Assembly: GCA_044426045.1 (NCBI GenBank)
Contig: JAWXUX010000006.1
Coordinates: 50,571 to 114,570 of the forward strand
Reading direction: 5' to 3'
From: Bacillota bacterium
GTDB taxonomy: Bacteria; Bacillota; Clostridia; Christensenellales; CAMQZB01
DNA length: 64,000 nucleotides
This document shows positions 34,792 through 45,629 of the stretch, one piece after another (position 1 is the first letter of the stretch; every line of letters begins with the position of its first letter). Made by a program: the position numbers and the translations under genes. The notes below the pieces were generated by a model. It saw only the letters and a program-made list of their open reading frames with translations, made no database searches and was not told the origin of the DNA.

Positions 34792-35634
34792 TTAAACACA
34801 AACGATGATTCCGCCGTTGTTTGCGTACATTGTGCTGAGCCCTGCGGCTTTCACGATGATGATTTCTTTGAAATCGCCGATTTTTTCGAATTTAGCTTTC
34901 AAATCGAGCGCTCTTTGATGTGCGTTGCAATGTGTGATTCCAAGGATTTTGTCTTTCATGTTTGAAGTTGAACCAACAACGATATCAGCCATTCTTGAAA
35001 GAGCCTTGTTGATACCTCTTGATTGTTCCAATTTTTCAATCTCGCCTTCTGCCGTTGCACACATGATTGGCTTTATGTTAAGAACGTTTGCAAGGATTGC
35101 TTTTGTTTTTGAAAGTCTGCCATTTTTTCTTAAAGTTTCAAGTGATTCAAGCACGAAATATGTGCCCATTTCTTCGATAAAACTTTCAACTTTTTCAACA
35201 ATTTCCGCAAAAGCCATGCCGACTTCCGCAAGTTCACGAATTTTGAGCATAACCAAAACTTCACCAACTGAAGCTGATTTTGTATCAAACACATGGATAT
35301 TTTTATCCGCAGAAACATCTTCAGCGAACATTTTTTTGCCAAGCTCTGCCGAGTTGTGGCAACCGCTTAGTGCAGCTGAAATAGTCACAACATAAATATC
35401 TTGCGCCTCTCCAACATATGCATCACAAAAATCTTGTGGCGATGGGCAAGCACTTTTTGGGCATTCGTCTGACTCGTCAGTTTTTCTTATAAATTCCATT
35501 TGGTCAAATGATTTATCGTCCACAATAGTTTCGCCTTCAAGCAGCATTGAAAAAGGTATTTTCGCAACATTGCTTTGCTCTCCTATAATATCTTCATATT
35601 CACAGCAACTGTCAACAACAATTTTATAAGCCAT
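34792..35634 (-). CDS. DegV-family fatty-acid-binding protein
   Basis: MAYKIVVDSCCE.. with a length and pattern typical of DegV. Confidence 0.85.
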   Translation of the reverse strand: MAYKIVVDSCCEYEDIIGEQSNVAKIPFSMLLEGETIVDDKSFDQMEFIRKTDESDECPKSACPSPQDFCDAYVGEAQDIYVVTISAALSGCHNSAELGKKMFAEDVSADKNIHVFDTKSASVGEVLVMLKIRELAEVGMAFAEIVEKVESFIEEMGTYFVLESLETLRKNGRLSKTKAILANVLNIKPIMCATAEGEIEKLEQSRGINKALSRMADIVVGSTSNMKDKILGITHCNAHQRALDLKAKFEKIGDFKEIIIVKAAGLSTMYANNGGIIVCV

Positions 35635-35898
35635 AATTTCTCCTTTGTTAAATACTGAATGAATTTTTAGTGAATTTCTATTTTTAATTTTTCAATATTT
35701 TTATAATTATAAAGGAAATTTCCCAACTTGTCAAATATTAATGCCTTTGAAATAAAATTATACCCTTATCTTTGCCAGCGTGCTGTTATATCAGCGATTT
35801 TGTCACGAACTTTGCACATTGTATTGACAACAAAAAAAGTTAGTGGTATTATAATTACATATAATGTTACAATAAAAAAGTCATATAAAGGGGGAAAA

Positions 35899-37353
35899 AT
35901 GACTACATTTATAATAGGACTTATCATTTTGATAGTTGGCGGAGTACTTTATGGCAAGGTTTGCGAAAAAGTTTTTTGCCCGGACAACAGAACAACACCA
36001 GCAATTTCCAAAGAGGACGGCGTTGATTATGTGCCAATGAACAAATGGAAAAACGGCTTGATTCAAATTCTTAACATTGCGGGCACAGGACCAATCCTTG
36101 GACCAATTCAAGGAATATTGTTCGGGCCAATCGCATTTATCACAATCCCAATCGGCTGTATTATCGGCGGTGCATTCCACGATTATATGAGCGGAATGAT
36201 TTCGGTGAGATCAGATGGTCAGCAAATGCCAGGGCTTGTCAAAAAATTCCTAGGCGAAAAAACTTATATTGTTTATAATGTTTTTGTGACGCTTCTTATG
36301 ATTTTGGTTGGTGCGGTGTTTATTTATACGCCAGGCGACCTTTTTATAACTCAAGTTTTGAATCAAGACAGCAGTGTGACAAACCCAATCGTTTGGATTG
36401 TTTACGGCGGAATATTTGTTTATTATCTTGTTGCAACGCTTTTCCCAATCGATAAAATCATCGGCAAGGTTTACCCAATCTTTGGCGGAATTTTGCTTCT
36501 TTCGGCAGTTGGCGTTTTTATTGGAATTTTTGTTTCGGGATACCAACTTGAAGAAATTTGGCAAGTGAGCGTTTTCAATTATAACACAAGTGGACTCAAC
36601 TTCTTCCCAATATTCTTTGTGACGGTGGCATGCGGAATCGTTTCTGGTTTCCATTCGACACAATCAACAATGATAGCCCGCACAATCAAGCATGAAAAAG
36701 AAGGCAGACTTGTGTTTTTCAACATGATGATACTTGAAGGTTTTATTGCAATGACATGGGCAGCAGCAGCGATGGGCATTTTTGCAAGCGGAGTTTCAAC
36801 AGCAACTTCATCAATTTCCGTTGTTGGACTTATCGCAAAAGATTTGCTTGGCTCGGTTGGCGGAATGATTGCAATCATCGGCGTTATCGTGCTTCCAATC
36901 ACATCTGGCGACACTGCGCTTCGCTCGCTTCGACTTATGCTTGCCGATACTTTTAAAATTGACCAAACATCAAAGAAAAAACGTCTTGTGCTTAGCTCGT
37001 GCATATTTGTGGTTGTTGCACTTTTGATTATTTGGGCGAAATTCTCTTCAGATGGTTTCAATATCTTGTGGAGATACTTCGCTTGGTCAAATCAAACAAT
37101 CGCGGTGTTCACATTCTCGATTGCGGCGGTATATCTCATGCAAAATAAAAAATGTCCAATCATGGCGCTTGTTCCAGGCATGTTTTATATGTTTGTTATC
37201 TCAAGTTATATCCTCAACGCAACAATCGGTTTTGGACTTTCTTGGACAATTTCATATATCCTTGGCGGTGCACTCACAATTGCTTATGGCATAGTTGTTT
37301 ATTTAGCAGGCAAAAAATCTGTGACAAATTCTCCACTTGCTGATAATTTGTAA
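35899..37353 (+). CDS. cstA: carbon starvation protein CstA-family transporter
   Basis: Start at the ATG after an AAAGGGGGA RBS. ..LNIAGTGPILGPIQGILFGPIAF.. is characteristic of CstA. Confidence 0.85.
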   Translation: MTTFIIGLIILIVGGVLYGKVCEKVFCPDNRTTPAISKEDGVDYVPMNKWKNGLIQILNIAGTGPILGPIQGILFGPIAFITIPIGCIIGGAFHDYMSGMISVRSDGQQMPGLVKKFLGEKTYIVYNVFVTLLMILVGAVFIYTPGDLFITQVLNQDSSVTNPIVWIVYGGIFVYYLVATLFPIDKIIGKVYPIFGGILLLSAVGVFIGIFVSGYQLEEIWQVSVFNYNTSGLNFFPIFFVTVACGIVSGFHSTQSTMIARTIKHEKEGRLVFFNMMILEGFIAMTWAAAAMGIFASGVSTATSSISVVGLIAKDLLGSVGGMIAIIGVIVLPITSGDTALRSLRLMLADTFKIDQTSKKKRLVLSSCIFVVVALLIIWAKFSSDGFNILWRYFAWSNQTIAVFTFSIAAVYLMQNKKCPIMALVPGMFYMFVISSYILNATIGFGLSWTISYILGGALTIAYGIVVYLAGKKSVTNSPLADNL

Positions 37354-37395
37354 AATAATAATAACAACAACAAAACAATAACGATAACAACAAAA

Positions 37396-37427
37396 CCCCA
37401 AGCAAGAATATTTGCTTGGGGTTTTTA
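37396..37427 (+). terminator. terminator of cstA
   Basis: CCCCAAGCA-AGAATATT-TGCTTGGGG followed by TTTTT. Confidence 0.7.
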
Positions 37428-37458
37428 TTTAACTGATATTTTAAAATTTCTATCGTTC

Positions 37459-38667
37459 TTATTCTGAAATTTCTTGTGTTTGCGAATCTTGTTTCAACGC
37501 AATTTTGTTTGAAAACTTTGAAAGCATAAGCGTGAGCGCGCCGTCGCCTGTGACGTTGCAAGCTGTTCCAAAGCTGTCTTGAAGTGCAAAAATCGTCATG
37601 ATGAGTGCAGTTCCTGTCGCATCAAAACCTAGAACGCCAGTGATAAGACCAAGCGACGCCATAACAGTTCCACCGGGAACGCCGGGCGCGCCGATGCCAA
37701 AAATCCCAAGCAAAACCACGAATAAAATCATGTTTGAAAGGGTTGGCAAAGTGCCGTACAATATTTGCGAAACAATCATCACAAAAAACACTTCGGTGAG
37801 CACCGAACCGCAAAGGTGGATGTTTGCAAAAAGTGGCACGCCGAAATCCACGCTTTCTTTTGAAAGCACGTCAGATTTGCCCGCACATTTAAGGGAAACG
37901 GGAAGCGTTGCCGCTGAAGACATCGTGCCAACCGCCGTGAAATAGGCAGGTGCATAATGTTTGAAAACTTCTTTTGGGTTTTCCCCAGAATAAATCCCCG
38001 CCACAATATATAAAACCGCAAGCCAAATAAAATGACCAACAATAACTGTTGCTATCGCGATAATAAACACTGGCAAATGCGCGGTGATTGACCCTTCATA
38101 GGCAAGAATTGCAAAAGTTGTCGCAATAAAGAACGGCAAAATCGGCAAAATCAAGTGGTTGATAACCTTCAAAATCACGTTTCTGAATTCAGAAAGCCCC
38201 TTTCCAAGCGTTTCAGACTTAGTCGCAGAAACCGCAAGCCCAAGCATGATTGAAAGAACTAGTGCGCTCATAACCGAGAAAAGCGGGTCTATTGCGATTG
38301 TGAAAAACGCCTCGGGAACTTCTTTCAGCCCCTCGACTGCGGATTGAATGCTCAAAAATGGAACTATCGCATATCCCGCCACCATGCTGAAAATCGCAGC
38401 GCCAAGCGTTGAAATATAAGCTATTGCAACGGCAAATGAAAGCATTTTGCTCGCTCCGCTTTTCAGCTCGGCAATCGACGGCGCAATAAAACCAAGCACA
38501 ATCAGTGGAACGGTGAAGAATATGAGTTGCCCCAAAATCTCTTTCACGCAAACGACGATTTCCATCACCGCCTCGCTTGCCACAAACCCAAGCAAAAGCC
38601 CAAGTGCCACCCCAAGTATCAGCTTGAAAATAATCTCTTCTTTAAATTTACTCACAATTTTACCCAT
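37459..38667 (-). CDS. dicarboxylate/amino acid:cation symporter (DAACS) family transporter
   Basis: 402-aa polytopic protein. ..GIGAPGVPGGTVMASLGL.. and ..ALQDSFGTACNVTGD.. are typical of the family. Confidence 0.85.
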   Translation of the reverse strand: MGKIVSKFKEEIIFKLILGVALGLLLGFVASEAVMEIVVCVKEILGQLIFFTVPLIVLGFIAPSIAELKSGASKMLSFAVAIAYISTLGAAIFSMVAGYAIVPFLSIQSAVEGLKEVPEAFFTIAIDPLFSVMSALVLSIMLGLAVSATKSETLGKGLSEFRNVILKVINHLILPILPFFIATTFAILAYEGSITAHLPVFIIAIATVIVGHFIWLAVLYIVAGIYSGENPKEVFKHYAPAYFTAVGTMSSAATLPVSLKCAGKSDVLSKESVDFGVPLFANIHLCGSVLTEVFFVMIVSQILYGTLPTLSNMILFVVLLGIFGIGAPGVPGGTVMASLGLITGVLGFDATGTALIMTIFALQDSFGTACNVTGDGALTLMLSKFSNKIALKQDSQTQEISE

Positions 38668-38786
38668 AAACTCCCCTTTGCCATATTATTTGCATATGAC
38701 AATCTTTTTATTTCATACCTGCGGTATTATATCATAATTCGGAGATATAGTCAATAGGGATGGAAATTGCAAGCAATGCCTGTCGG

Positions 38787-40172
38787 CTACTCTTTTTCTT
38801 CTTGTTTTTTTGCCTTACAATCAAGCTCTCTCATGGTTTTTCTTATCACAAAGAAAGTCACGCAAAGCGTCACAATATCCGCGATTGGATAAGAGAGCAG
38901 TGCGCCTTTCACGCCGAAGAAATAAGCGAGCAAAACCGCGATAATCGATGGCACGATGATATCACGCATTGTTGAAATAACGATTGCAGATAACGGTTTT
39001 CCCATGCCTTGCATGAAAATTGAGCTGGCTTTCACCACGCCACCAACAATCATTGTTGATAAAAACACCCTTATTGCAAGGATTGCAAACTCGTTATAAA
39101 GCTCGCTTTCGCTTCCGAAAATCGAGATGATTTGAACTGGGAATGCTTGCAAAATCACCGTGATGATTGCACATGTCACGATTTGAAGCTTTATGATAGT
39201 TTTATAAATTTCCTTCATGCGGGCATAATTGCCAGCCCCCATGTTGTAGCCCACGACAGGTTGTGCGCCGATTGAAATACCCACGATAAAGGCAACCGCC
39301 ACTTGATATATTTTCATGATGATTCCCATAACTGTGAGTGGAATATCTTCGCCATAAATCGAAAGTGCGCCGTATTTCACCATTGTTTGGTTCAAAACTG
39401 CAAGGAACACTACGATTGAAATTTGCGTCACAAAACTGCTGATTCCAAGCGTTGTCACCCTTGAAACAATGTGCTTATCAAGTTTGAAACTTTCCTTGTG
39501 AAGTTTTGTTGATTTCATTTTTCTGAAATACGCAAGCCCATAAATCGCCGAAACAAATTGACCTGTGATTGTCGCAAGTCCCGCACCAACCATGCCCATA
39601 TCAAGCACAAAAATCGCGATTGGGTCAAGAACAAGGTTGATAACCGCACCGATAACTGTTGCCGTCATTGAATACCCCGGCGCGCCGTCCGCCCTTATTA
39701 TTGCAGAAACGCCAAGCGATGCCACCGAAAACGTGAGCCCGATTGCGATGACGTTGAAATATTGAGAAGCGTAGGCATAGTTAGCTTCCGTTGCACCAAA
39801 AAGCGACAAAAGTTGCTCTTTGAAAGTAAAGCACAACACAGAAAGGCACACACCCATGACAAAAAGAAGAACAATAGCGTTGCCCACGCATTTGTGAACA
39901 CGCTCCATTTCTCCCCTACCTTTTTGGATTGAAAAATACGCCGCAGCACCGTTGCCCACCATGATTGCAAGCGCAAGTGCAAACACCGTGATTGGATAAA
40001 CCACGCTTGTTGCGCCGTTGCCAAGATAGCCAATTCCCCAGCCGATGAACACTTGATCCACCATGTTGTATATCGATGAAACCAAAAGTGCAATCACCGA
40101 TGGGATTGCGAATTTTTTTATTAGTTTGCTTACTTTTTCCGTTGCGAGATAATCGCCTTTCACTTTTTCCAT
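38787..40172 (-). CDS. MATE-family efflux transporter
   Basis: 461 aa with 12 predicted TM. The N-terminus ..IPSVIALLVSSIYNMVDQVFIG.. is typical of MATE. Confidence 0.9.
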   Translation of the reverse strand: MEKVKGDYLATEKVSKLIKKFAIPSVIALLVSSIYNMVDQVFIGWGIGYLGNGATSVVYPITVFALALAIMVGNGAAAYFSIQKGRGEMERVHKCVGNAIVLLFVMGVCLSVLCFTFKEQLLSLFGATEANYAYASQYFNVIAIGLTFSVASLGVSAIIRADGAPGYSMTATVIGAVINLVLDPIAIFVLDMGMVGAGLATITGQFVSAIYGLAYFRKMKSTKLHKESFKLDKHIVSRVTTLGISSFVTQISIVVFLAVLNQTMVKYGALSIYGEDIPLTVMGIIMKIYQVAVAFIVGISIGAQPVVGYNMGAGNYARMKEIYKTIIKLQIVTCAIITVILQAFPVQIISIFGSESELYNEFAILAIRVFLSTMIVGGVVKASSIFMQGMGKPLSAIVISTMRDIIVPSIIAVLLAYFFGVKGALLSYPIADIVTLCVTFFVIRKTMRELDCKAKKQEEKE

Positions 40173-40410
40173 TTGTTATCCTTTGTTTTTCTTTCGTTTT
40201 TTCAGTTCTTTTGCGTGTTATTTGCTTACCATGTGCTTGTTTGCGTAAAAAAACAACACTCCTATTAAAAGTGTTGTTCGTTAGTCATAATTTATTAAAT
40301 AAATATGTGCCGTTTCCAATTTAACCTTATTTGATTGTTTCAATTATAGCAATTGTTTTGAGATTTTGCAACCATTTTGACACGGATAAAATGAAAAATA
40401 ATGCTATCTT

Positions 40411-41493
40411 TTATTTCACGCCAACAACTGCGATAAATTCAAACGCTTCGCCGTCTTTTGGTGAAATCTTCATATCACTCGCATTTGACGCAACAAAGAA
40501 ACTGTCGCAAAGTTTAACATCAACACTCTCACCGCCAGCTTTCACGACCGCTCCGCCTTTTGTCACGATACCAAGCATGAATTCATCAGTTTTTGGAATT
40601 TCACATTCGCTAGTCACAAAAAATCTTCTCACTTCGAAACATTTTGCAATTTCAGCAGATAACATTTGGTCAAGTTTCCAACCATCGCCACTTGCAATAG
40701 CCGTTGGGCTCACGAAATATTTAGCCTTAATTTCTTCTGGCGACAATGTTTCATATTCAAACACGTCCATGCAAAAATCAACGCCCCTGCCCATCATTCT
40801 GCCCTCCTTGGGCACAACGATACCTTCACGCTCGTATTCGCAACGAACAACCAAATCAGATGGCTCCATAACTTCAACCAAAAGCACACCCTCGCCAATC
40901 GCGTGAGGCACGCCACCTGGGATATAAAGCATTTCGCCTGGTTTCACATAGATTTTTTCAAAAAGTGCATCCATTCTTGCGATGTCTTGCGTTTTCACGA
41001 TGTCTGTCCATTCTTCTTTTGTGATTGGATGGTTGAAGCCAAGACGAACATAAGAATCAGACCCTTCTCTTGCGGCAAGAATATAATAACATTCAAACTT
41101 GCCATATTCGCAGCCAAGGTTGGCTTTTGCAAACTCACGCGTTGGGTGCGCTTGCATGTGCAGTCTTATTGAAGAGTCGATAAGTTTTGCAAGAAAGCCA
41201 TAGTCCATGCCTTTTTTTGCAAAATGCTCACCACCCAAATAAAAATCGGGGTTTTCAGAAAACAAATCTGGCAACCAAACTTTTTTGCCATCCAAATAAA
41301 CAAAACCAAGACCCTCATTTTCAATCGCTTCAAGACCCGTGCTTCCCGCAAGAGTGAGCGAGCCAAGCCAACTTTCAGGACAGTCGCTATCCACCGCGTT
41401 TTCACGCCCCGCCATTTCATCAAGAATTTTGCCACCGACATAATTTCTTCTGACTCTGCATTCGTCAAGTTTAAAAATAGATAGATTTTTCAT
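40411..41493 (-). CDS. manA: class I mannose-6-phosphate isomerase-like cupin
   Basis: ..RLHMQAHPTREFAK.. and ..VPHAIGEGVLLVEVMEPSD.. motifs. Confidence 0.75.
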   Translation of the reverse strand: MKNLSIFKLDECRVRRNYVGGKILDEMAGRENAVDSDCPESWLGSLTLAGSTGLEAIENEGLGFVYLDGKKVWLPDLFSENPDFYLGGEHFAKKGMDYGFLAKLIDSSIRLHMQAHPTREFAKANLGCEYGKFECYYILAAREGSDSYVRLGFNHPITKEEWTDIVKTQDIARMDALFEKIYVKPGEMLYIPGGVPHAIGEGVLLVEVMEPSDLVVRCEYEREGIVVPKEGRMMGRGVDFCMDVFEYETLSPEEIKAKYFVSPTAIASGDGWKLDQMLSAEIAKCFEVRRFFVTSECEIPKTDEFMLGIVTKGGAVVKAGGESVDVKLCDSFFVASNASDMKISPKDGEAFEFIAVVGVK

Positions 41494-41570
41494 AGTTTTC
41501 CCCTTATTGGCACTTCTAAAAAGTCGATACTTTTAAAAAGTCCCCTTATATTTCTTTAGCTAGCTTCTCT

Positions 41571-42560
41571 TTATTTAGCTTCGCCAAGCAGTTTGAATTC
41601 CATTTGTTTTTTTGTGCAAAAAATCTTGCTTGAAGTGTTCACCAGCCACACGCCAAGCGACACCAAAACAAGCGAGCTGATATTTTGCCATGTGAAAATG
41701 AGTTCCGCAAGCACAATTCCCGAAAGAAGCGTGCCAAAAATCGGCGTGAACAAATTGTACATTGAAACCGAGCTGATTTTGTTGTGGGTGATAAGAATTC
41801 CCCAAAACACAAACGCAAGTGAGGATACAAGCGCGAGATAAACAATCACCGCACCCCCTGAAAAACTTGTGATTGCAAGCTCGCCACCAATCATCGAGCC
41901 AATCGCAAGAAGCACTACCCCACCAAGGAAAAGTTGCCAACCTGCAATAACTTCCGCACGTCTTGTTTTTGCAAACGCTTTTGTCAAATAAAAAGACACC
42001 GCGTGGAAAAACGAACAGCCGATAACCATGCCTTCACCCATGAAAGTGAATCCGGAAAATTCTTGAACGCCACCGTCCATTGTGATAAGAACAAGCCCAA
42101 TAACCGCAACAATACAGCCTACGATTTTGTTTGCATTGAGTTTTTCAGATTTATAAATCAGCGGTGAAATAAGCACGATAATAAACCCATTGATTGAAGA
42201 AAAAAGCGAGCCTTTGGCACCAGTTGTGTATGTGAGCCCGATATAAAAGCATATGTATTGCACTGTTGTCACAAGCCCCATGATGCCGTATGGCAAGATA
42301 TCGCGTTTTTCAAACAGTTTGATTTTTTTGAGTTTCACACCCATGAAAAGCAAAACAAGAAAACCCGCAAGCGTGAACCTTAGCCCCGCAAACACCATTT
42401 TTGCACCGAGGTCGGTTGAATTCACAGCAAGGATTTCATACCCAATTTTTATCGCGGGCGTTGCACTGCCCCAAAGTGCCGTGCAAAATATCGCAAAAAC
42501 CGCAACCACCACTGGTTGTTGCCAAAAATTTTTATTTTCTTGTTTGTTATCTTGTTTCAA
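41571..42560 (-). CDS. EamA/DMT-family transporter
   Basis: 329 aa with 10 TM and two EamA-like halves. Confidence 0.85.
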   Translation of the reverse strand: MKQDNKQENKNFWQQPVVVAVFAIFCTALWGSATPAIKIGYEILAVNSTDLGAKMVFAGLRFTLAGFLVLLFMGVKLKKIKLFEKRDILPYGIMGLVTTVQYICFYIGLTYTTGAKGSLFSSINGFIIVLISPLIYKSEKLNANKIVGCIVAVIGLVLITMDGGVQEFSGFTFMGEGMVIGCSFFHAVSFYLTKAFAKTRRAEVIAGWQLFLGGVVLLAIGSMIGGELAITSFSGGAVIVYLALVSSLAFVFWGILITHNKISSVSMYNLFTPIFGTLLSGIVLAELIFTWQNISSLVLVSLGVWLVNTSSKIFCTKKQMEFKLLGEAK

Positions 42561-42662
42561 GTTGTTCTTCCCCTCGTGTTTTGTATACTACCATTTTACA
42601 CATTAAAACAGTAAATTGTCAATCGAATTTTCAACCTTTTATATGAAATAATCGCCCTGCCC

Positions 42663-42790
42663 GCAAAAAGTCTAGGTGCGAATTACGTTGCAGTGCAAAA
42701 AAGTCGCAGTGTGAATTACGTTGCAGTGCAAAAAAGTCGCGGTGCTAAATATGTTGCGGTGCGAAAAACGGCCACGGCGTGAAAAAAAGT
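42663..42790 (+). repeat. ~33-bp tandem repeat, about 3.5 units
   Basis: GCAAAAAGTCTAGGTGCGAATTACGTTGCAGT / GCAAAAAAGTCGCAGTGTGAATTACGTTGCAGT / GCAAAAAAGTCGCGGTGCTAAATATGTTGCGGT / GCGAAAAACGGCCACGGCGTG.. Confidence 0.8.
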
Positions 42791-42875
42791 CACACCCCAA
42801 ATAAAAAGCGGACAATGAAAAGCACTGCCCGCCGTTTTTTGTTTTGAATTTTCGATTATTTAAAAGTGCCCTTTA

Positions 42876-43667
42876 TTATGGTTGTTTGCCAATATAAGCA
42901 AGAATACCGCCGTCAACATAAAGAATGTGACCATTCACAAAGTTTGATGCGTCAGATGCTAGGAACACCGCAGGACCTGCGAGGTCTTCAGGATCGCCCC
43001 ATCTTCCCGCTGGAGTTTTTGCAAGAATGAAGGAATCAAACGGATGTTTTGAACCGTCAGCTTGTGTTTCGCGAAGTGGCGCTGTTTGAGGAGTTGCAAT
43101 ATATCCAGGTCCGATACCGTTGCATTGAATGTTTGCAGAGCCGAATTCCGAACAGATATTTTTTGTAAGCATTTTAAGACCGCCTTTGGCAGCCGCATAT
43201 CCCGCAACTGTTTCGCGACCAAGCTCACTCATCATCGAACAAATATTGATGATTTTGCCGTGACCTTTTTCAATCATAGCTGGCAAAACTGCTTTTGACA
43301 CAATAAAAGGTGCATTCAAATCGATATCGATAACGCGTCTGAAATCAGAAACTTCCATTTCAAGCATTGGTTTTCTTGAAATAACGCCCGCATTGTTAAC
43401 CAAAATATCAACAACGCCAACATCTTCCTTGATTTTCACAACTGTTGCATTCACCGCAACTTCATCTGTCACGTCGCAAACATAGCCATATGCCTTGATG
43501 CCCGCCTCGTCATAATTCGCCATACCTCTTGCAACAAGATCGGCATTGATATCGTTGAAAACGATTGTCGCGCCCGCCTCAGCCATTCCGCTTGCAAGTG
43601 CAAAGCCAATGCCATAGCTTCCGCCTGTCACCCAAGCGATTTTTCCGTCAAGTCTGAATTGATTCAT
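42876..43667 (-). CDS. SDR oxidoreductase, gluconate 5-dehydrogenase/KduD-like
   Basis: TGGSYGIGFALA. ..INICSMMSELGRETVAGYAAAKGG.. contains the YxxxK motif. ..TPAGRWGDPEDLAGPAVFLASDASNFVNGH... Adjacent to kduI. Confidence 0.85.
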   Translation of the reverse strand: MNQFRLDGKIAWVTGGSYGIGFALASGMAEAGATIVFNDINADLVARGMANYDEAGIKAYGYVCDVTDEVAVNATVVKIKEDVGVVDILVNNAGVISRKPMLEMEVSDFRRVIDIDLNAPFIVSKAVLPAMIEKGHGKIINICSMMSELGRETVAGYAAAKGGLKMLTKNICSEFGSANIQCNGIGPGYIATPQTAPLRETQADGSKHPFDSFILAKTPAGRWGDPEDLAGPAVFLASDASNFVNGHILYVDGGILAYIGKQP

Positions 43668-43684
43668 ATATTATCTCCTAAAAA

Positions 43685-44527
43685 TTATTTCAATGATGTT
43701 GTTTTGATAACGTCCATGTCCTCAAATTCTTGGTTTTCGCCACCCATTGCCCAAATGAATGAATATGACGAAGTTCCGCCACCCGCGTGGATTGACCAGC
43801 TTGGAGAAATGACAGCATCAAAGTTTTTCATGACGATGTGTCTTGTTTCCTCTGGCTCGCCCATCATGTGGAAAACCACGTTATCTTCTGGGATTTCGAA
43901 ATATGTGTAAACTTCCATTCTTCTTTCGTGAAGGTGTGCTGGCATTGTGTTCCAAACATTGCCTTCTTCAAGTTCAGTGAGCCCCATAAGAAGTTGACAA
44001 GTTGGCAAAACTGCAGGGTGAATGAATTGATTTATAACACGCTTATTTGATGTTGAAAGATCACCAAGTGGTTTTTTTGCAGCATCCGCTTTTTTGATTA
44101 GTTTAGTTTCATAAGCGCAATGTGCAGGTGCTGAAACCATGTAAAATTTCGCAGGAGCTGCCGCATCGTCAGACGAAAACAGCACTTCTTTTGCGCCTTT
44201 TGTTATATAAAGACAGTCTTTATAGCCTAGCTCGAAAACCACGCCGTCGACTTTAACTTTTCCGCTTCCACCAAGGTTGAACATTCCAAGCTCTCTTCTT
44301 TCAAGCAGGAATTTAGTGCCAAAATTTGCCCAAACGTCAATGCCTTTTTCGATTGAAACTTCTTCTGTCACTGGCATAACGCCGATTGTCACCATTCTGT
44401 CAACATGCGAATAAACACAGTTGACTGTATCTGGGGTGTAAAGATTTTCAATAAGAAATTCTTTTCTTGTCTCCTCTGTTGTGTATCTTTTGAAATCCTT
44501 TTGATTTGCACTGTATCTGATATCCAT
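43685..44527 (-). CDS. kduI: 5-dehydro-4-deoxy-D-glucuronate isomerase
   Basis: Collinear with E. coli KduI as I remember it (..FLLERRELGMFNLGG.., ..WNTMPAHLHERRMEVYTYF.., ..SWSIHAGGGT..). Start at the ATG after a GAGGTGGG RBS. Confidence 0.9.
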   Translation of the reverse strand: MDIRYSANQKDFKRYTTEETRKEFLIENLYTPDTVNCVYSHVDRMVTIGVMPVTEEVSIEKGIDVWANFGTKFLLERRELGMFNLGGSGKVKVDGVVFELGYKDCLYITKGAKEVLFSSDDAAAPAKFYMVSAPAHCAYETKLIKKADAAKKPLGDLSTSNKRVINQFIHPAVLPTCQLLMGLTELEEGNVWNTMPAHLHERRMEVYTYFEIPEDNVVFHMMGEPEETRHIVMKNFDAVISPSWSIHAGGGTSSYSFIWAMGGENQEFEDMDVIKTTSLK

Positions 44528-44838
44528 ATATCCCACCTCAGCTTTATATTTGGAAAACGCGAAAACTCATACATCTTTTTCGATTAACCATAGCTTTATA
44601 TTATCATCTTAACGGTTAGTTGTACATACATTTTAACTATGATTTCATGGAATTTTTTGATATTTTTCCGTGTGCCTTTCAAAAATACCCCTTTATTTGC
44701 TATATTTTGCAATACTTTAAAGATATTTATGTATTTTTTTGTCAATTTTTGATGTAAATTATTTAAAGTATTGACTTTTACGAAAAAAAAGGATAAACTA
44801 TATGAGATAAATATACAAAATATCCATAAGGAAGAAGC

Positions 44839-45606
44839 ATGAACACAATTTTAACTGTTGGAAAACACAATCAAACATACGACGTGAACTGGCATTCACA
44901 CAAAAGCTGGGAACTAGTTTTTTGCACTAGTGGGCTTGGCACTTTCCTTATTGAAAACAACGGAAGTGGCAAAAAGATGGACTACAAGAAAAATGATTTG
45001 GTCATTATTCCGCCAAACACTGTGCACGCCAACGTTTCCGATCACGGATTTAAAAATATCCACATCACCCTTGACAATCTTTCAATCGGGATTGATGAAA
45101 TCGCAAAAATCAAGGACACAAGCAATAAAATTTTCCTTGGTTGCATGGCTGATATCTACTACATTTATAACTGCGACATCATGGGCAAAGAAGCGATACT
45201 TCAAAACCTTGGCGACCTTATCGCATCATATATCGTCGCTTTTTCAGATATCAAGAGATATTCTCCAATCATCGAAAAAATGCGTCATTCAATTTTCAGA
45301 CACTTCGCTGAATCAACTTTTGATTTGAACGATATGTTCGACCTTGAAGAAAACTACAACTCAAATTATCTCAAAAAACTCTTCAAAAAAGAAATCGGCA
45401 CTTCGCCACAACAATTCTTGATTGACCTTAGAATAACATACGCAAGAAAATTGCTTTCAAACACCATTGAAGACAGTATCTCAATTTCCCACGTAGCCTA
45501 CGAATGTGGCTACGACGACCCACTTTACTTCTCAAGAGTATTCAAAACAGCCACAGGCCACTCACCAAAAGAATACCATAAACTTGCGAAAAGTGCGGAA
45601 CTGTAA
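44839..45606 (+). CDS. AraC-family transcriptional regulator (cupin plus HTH)
   Basis: The C-terminus ..SPQQFLIDLRITYARKLL..ISHVAYECGYDDPLYFSRVFK..TGHSPKEY is the AraC HTH signature. Confidence 0.85.
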   Translation: MNTILTVGKHNQTYDVNWHSHKSWELVFCTSGLGTFLIENNGSGKKMDYKKNDLVIIPPNTVHANVSDHGFKNIHITLDNLSIGIDEIAKIKDTSNKIFLGCMADIYYIYNCDIMGKEAILQNLGDLIASYIVAFSDIKRYSPIIEKMRHSIFRHFAESTFDLNDMFDLEENYNSNYLKKLFKKEIGTSPQQFLIDLRITYARKLLSNTIEDSISISHVAYECGYDDPLYFSRVFKTATGHSPKEYHKLAKSAEL

Positions 45607-45625
45607 AAAAATGCGTAGCATTTTT
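45607..45625 (+). terminator. small terminator-like hairpin after the AraC gene
   Basis: AAAAATGC-GTA-GCATTTTT. A near-identical AAAAATGC-TCC-GCATTTTT flanks element copy 2 at 46991-47009. Confidence 0.4.
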
Positions 45626-45629
45626 AAAA

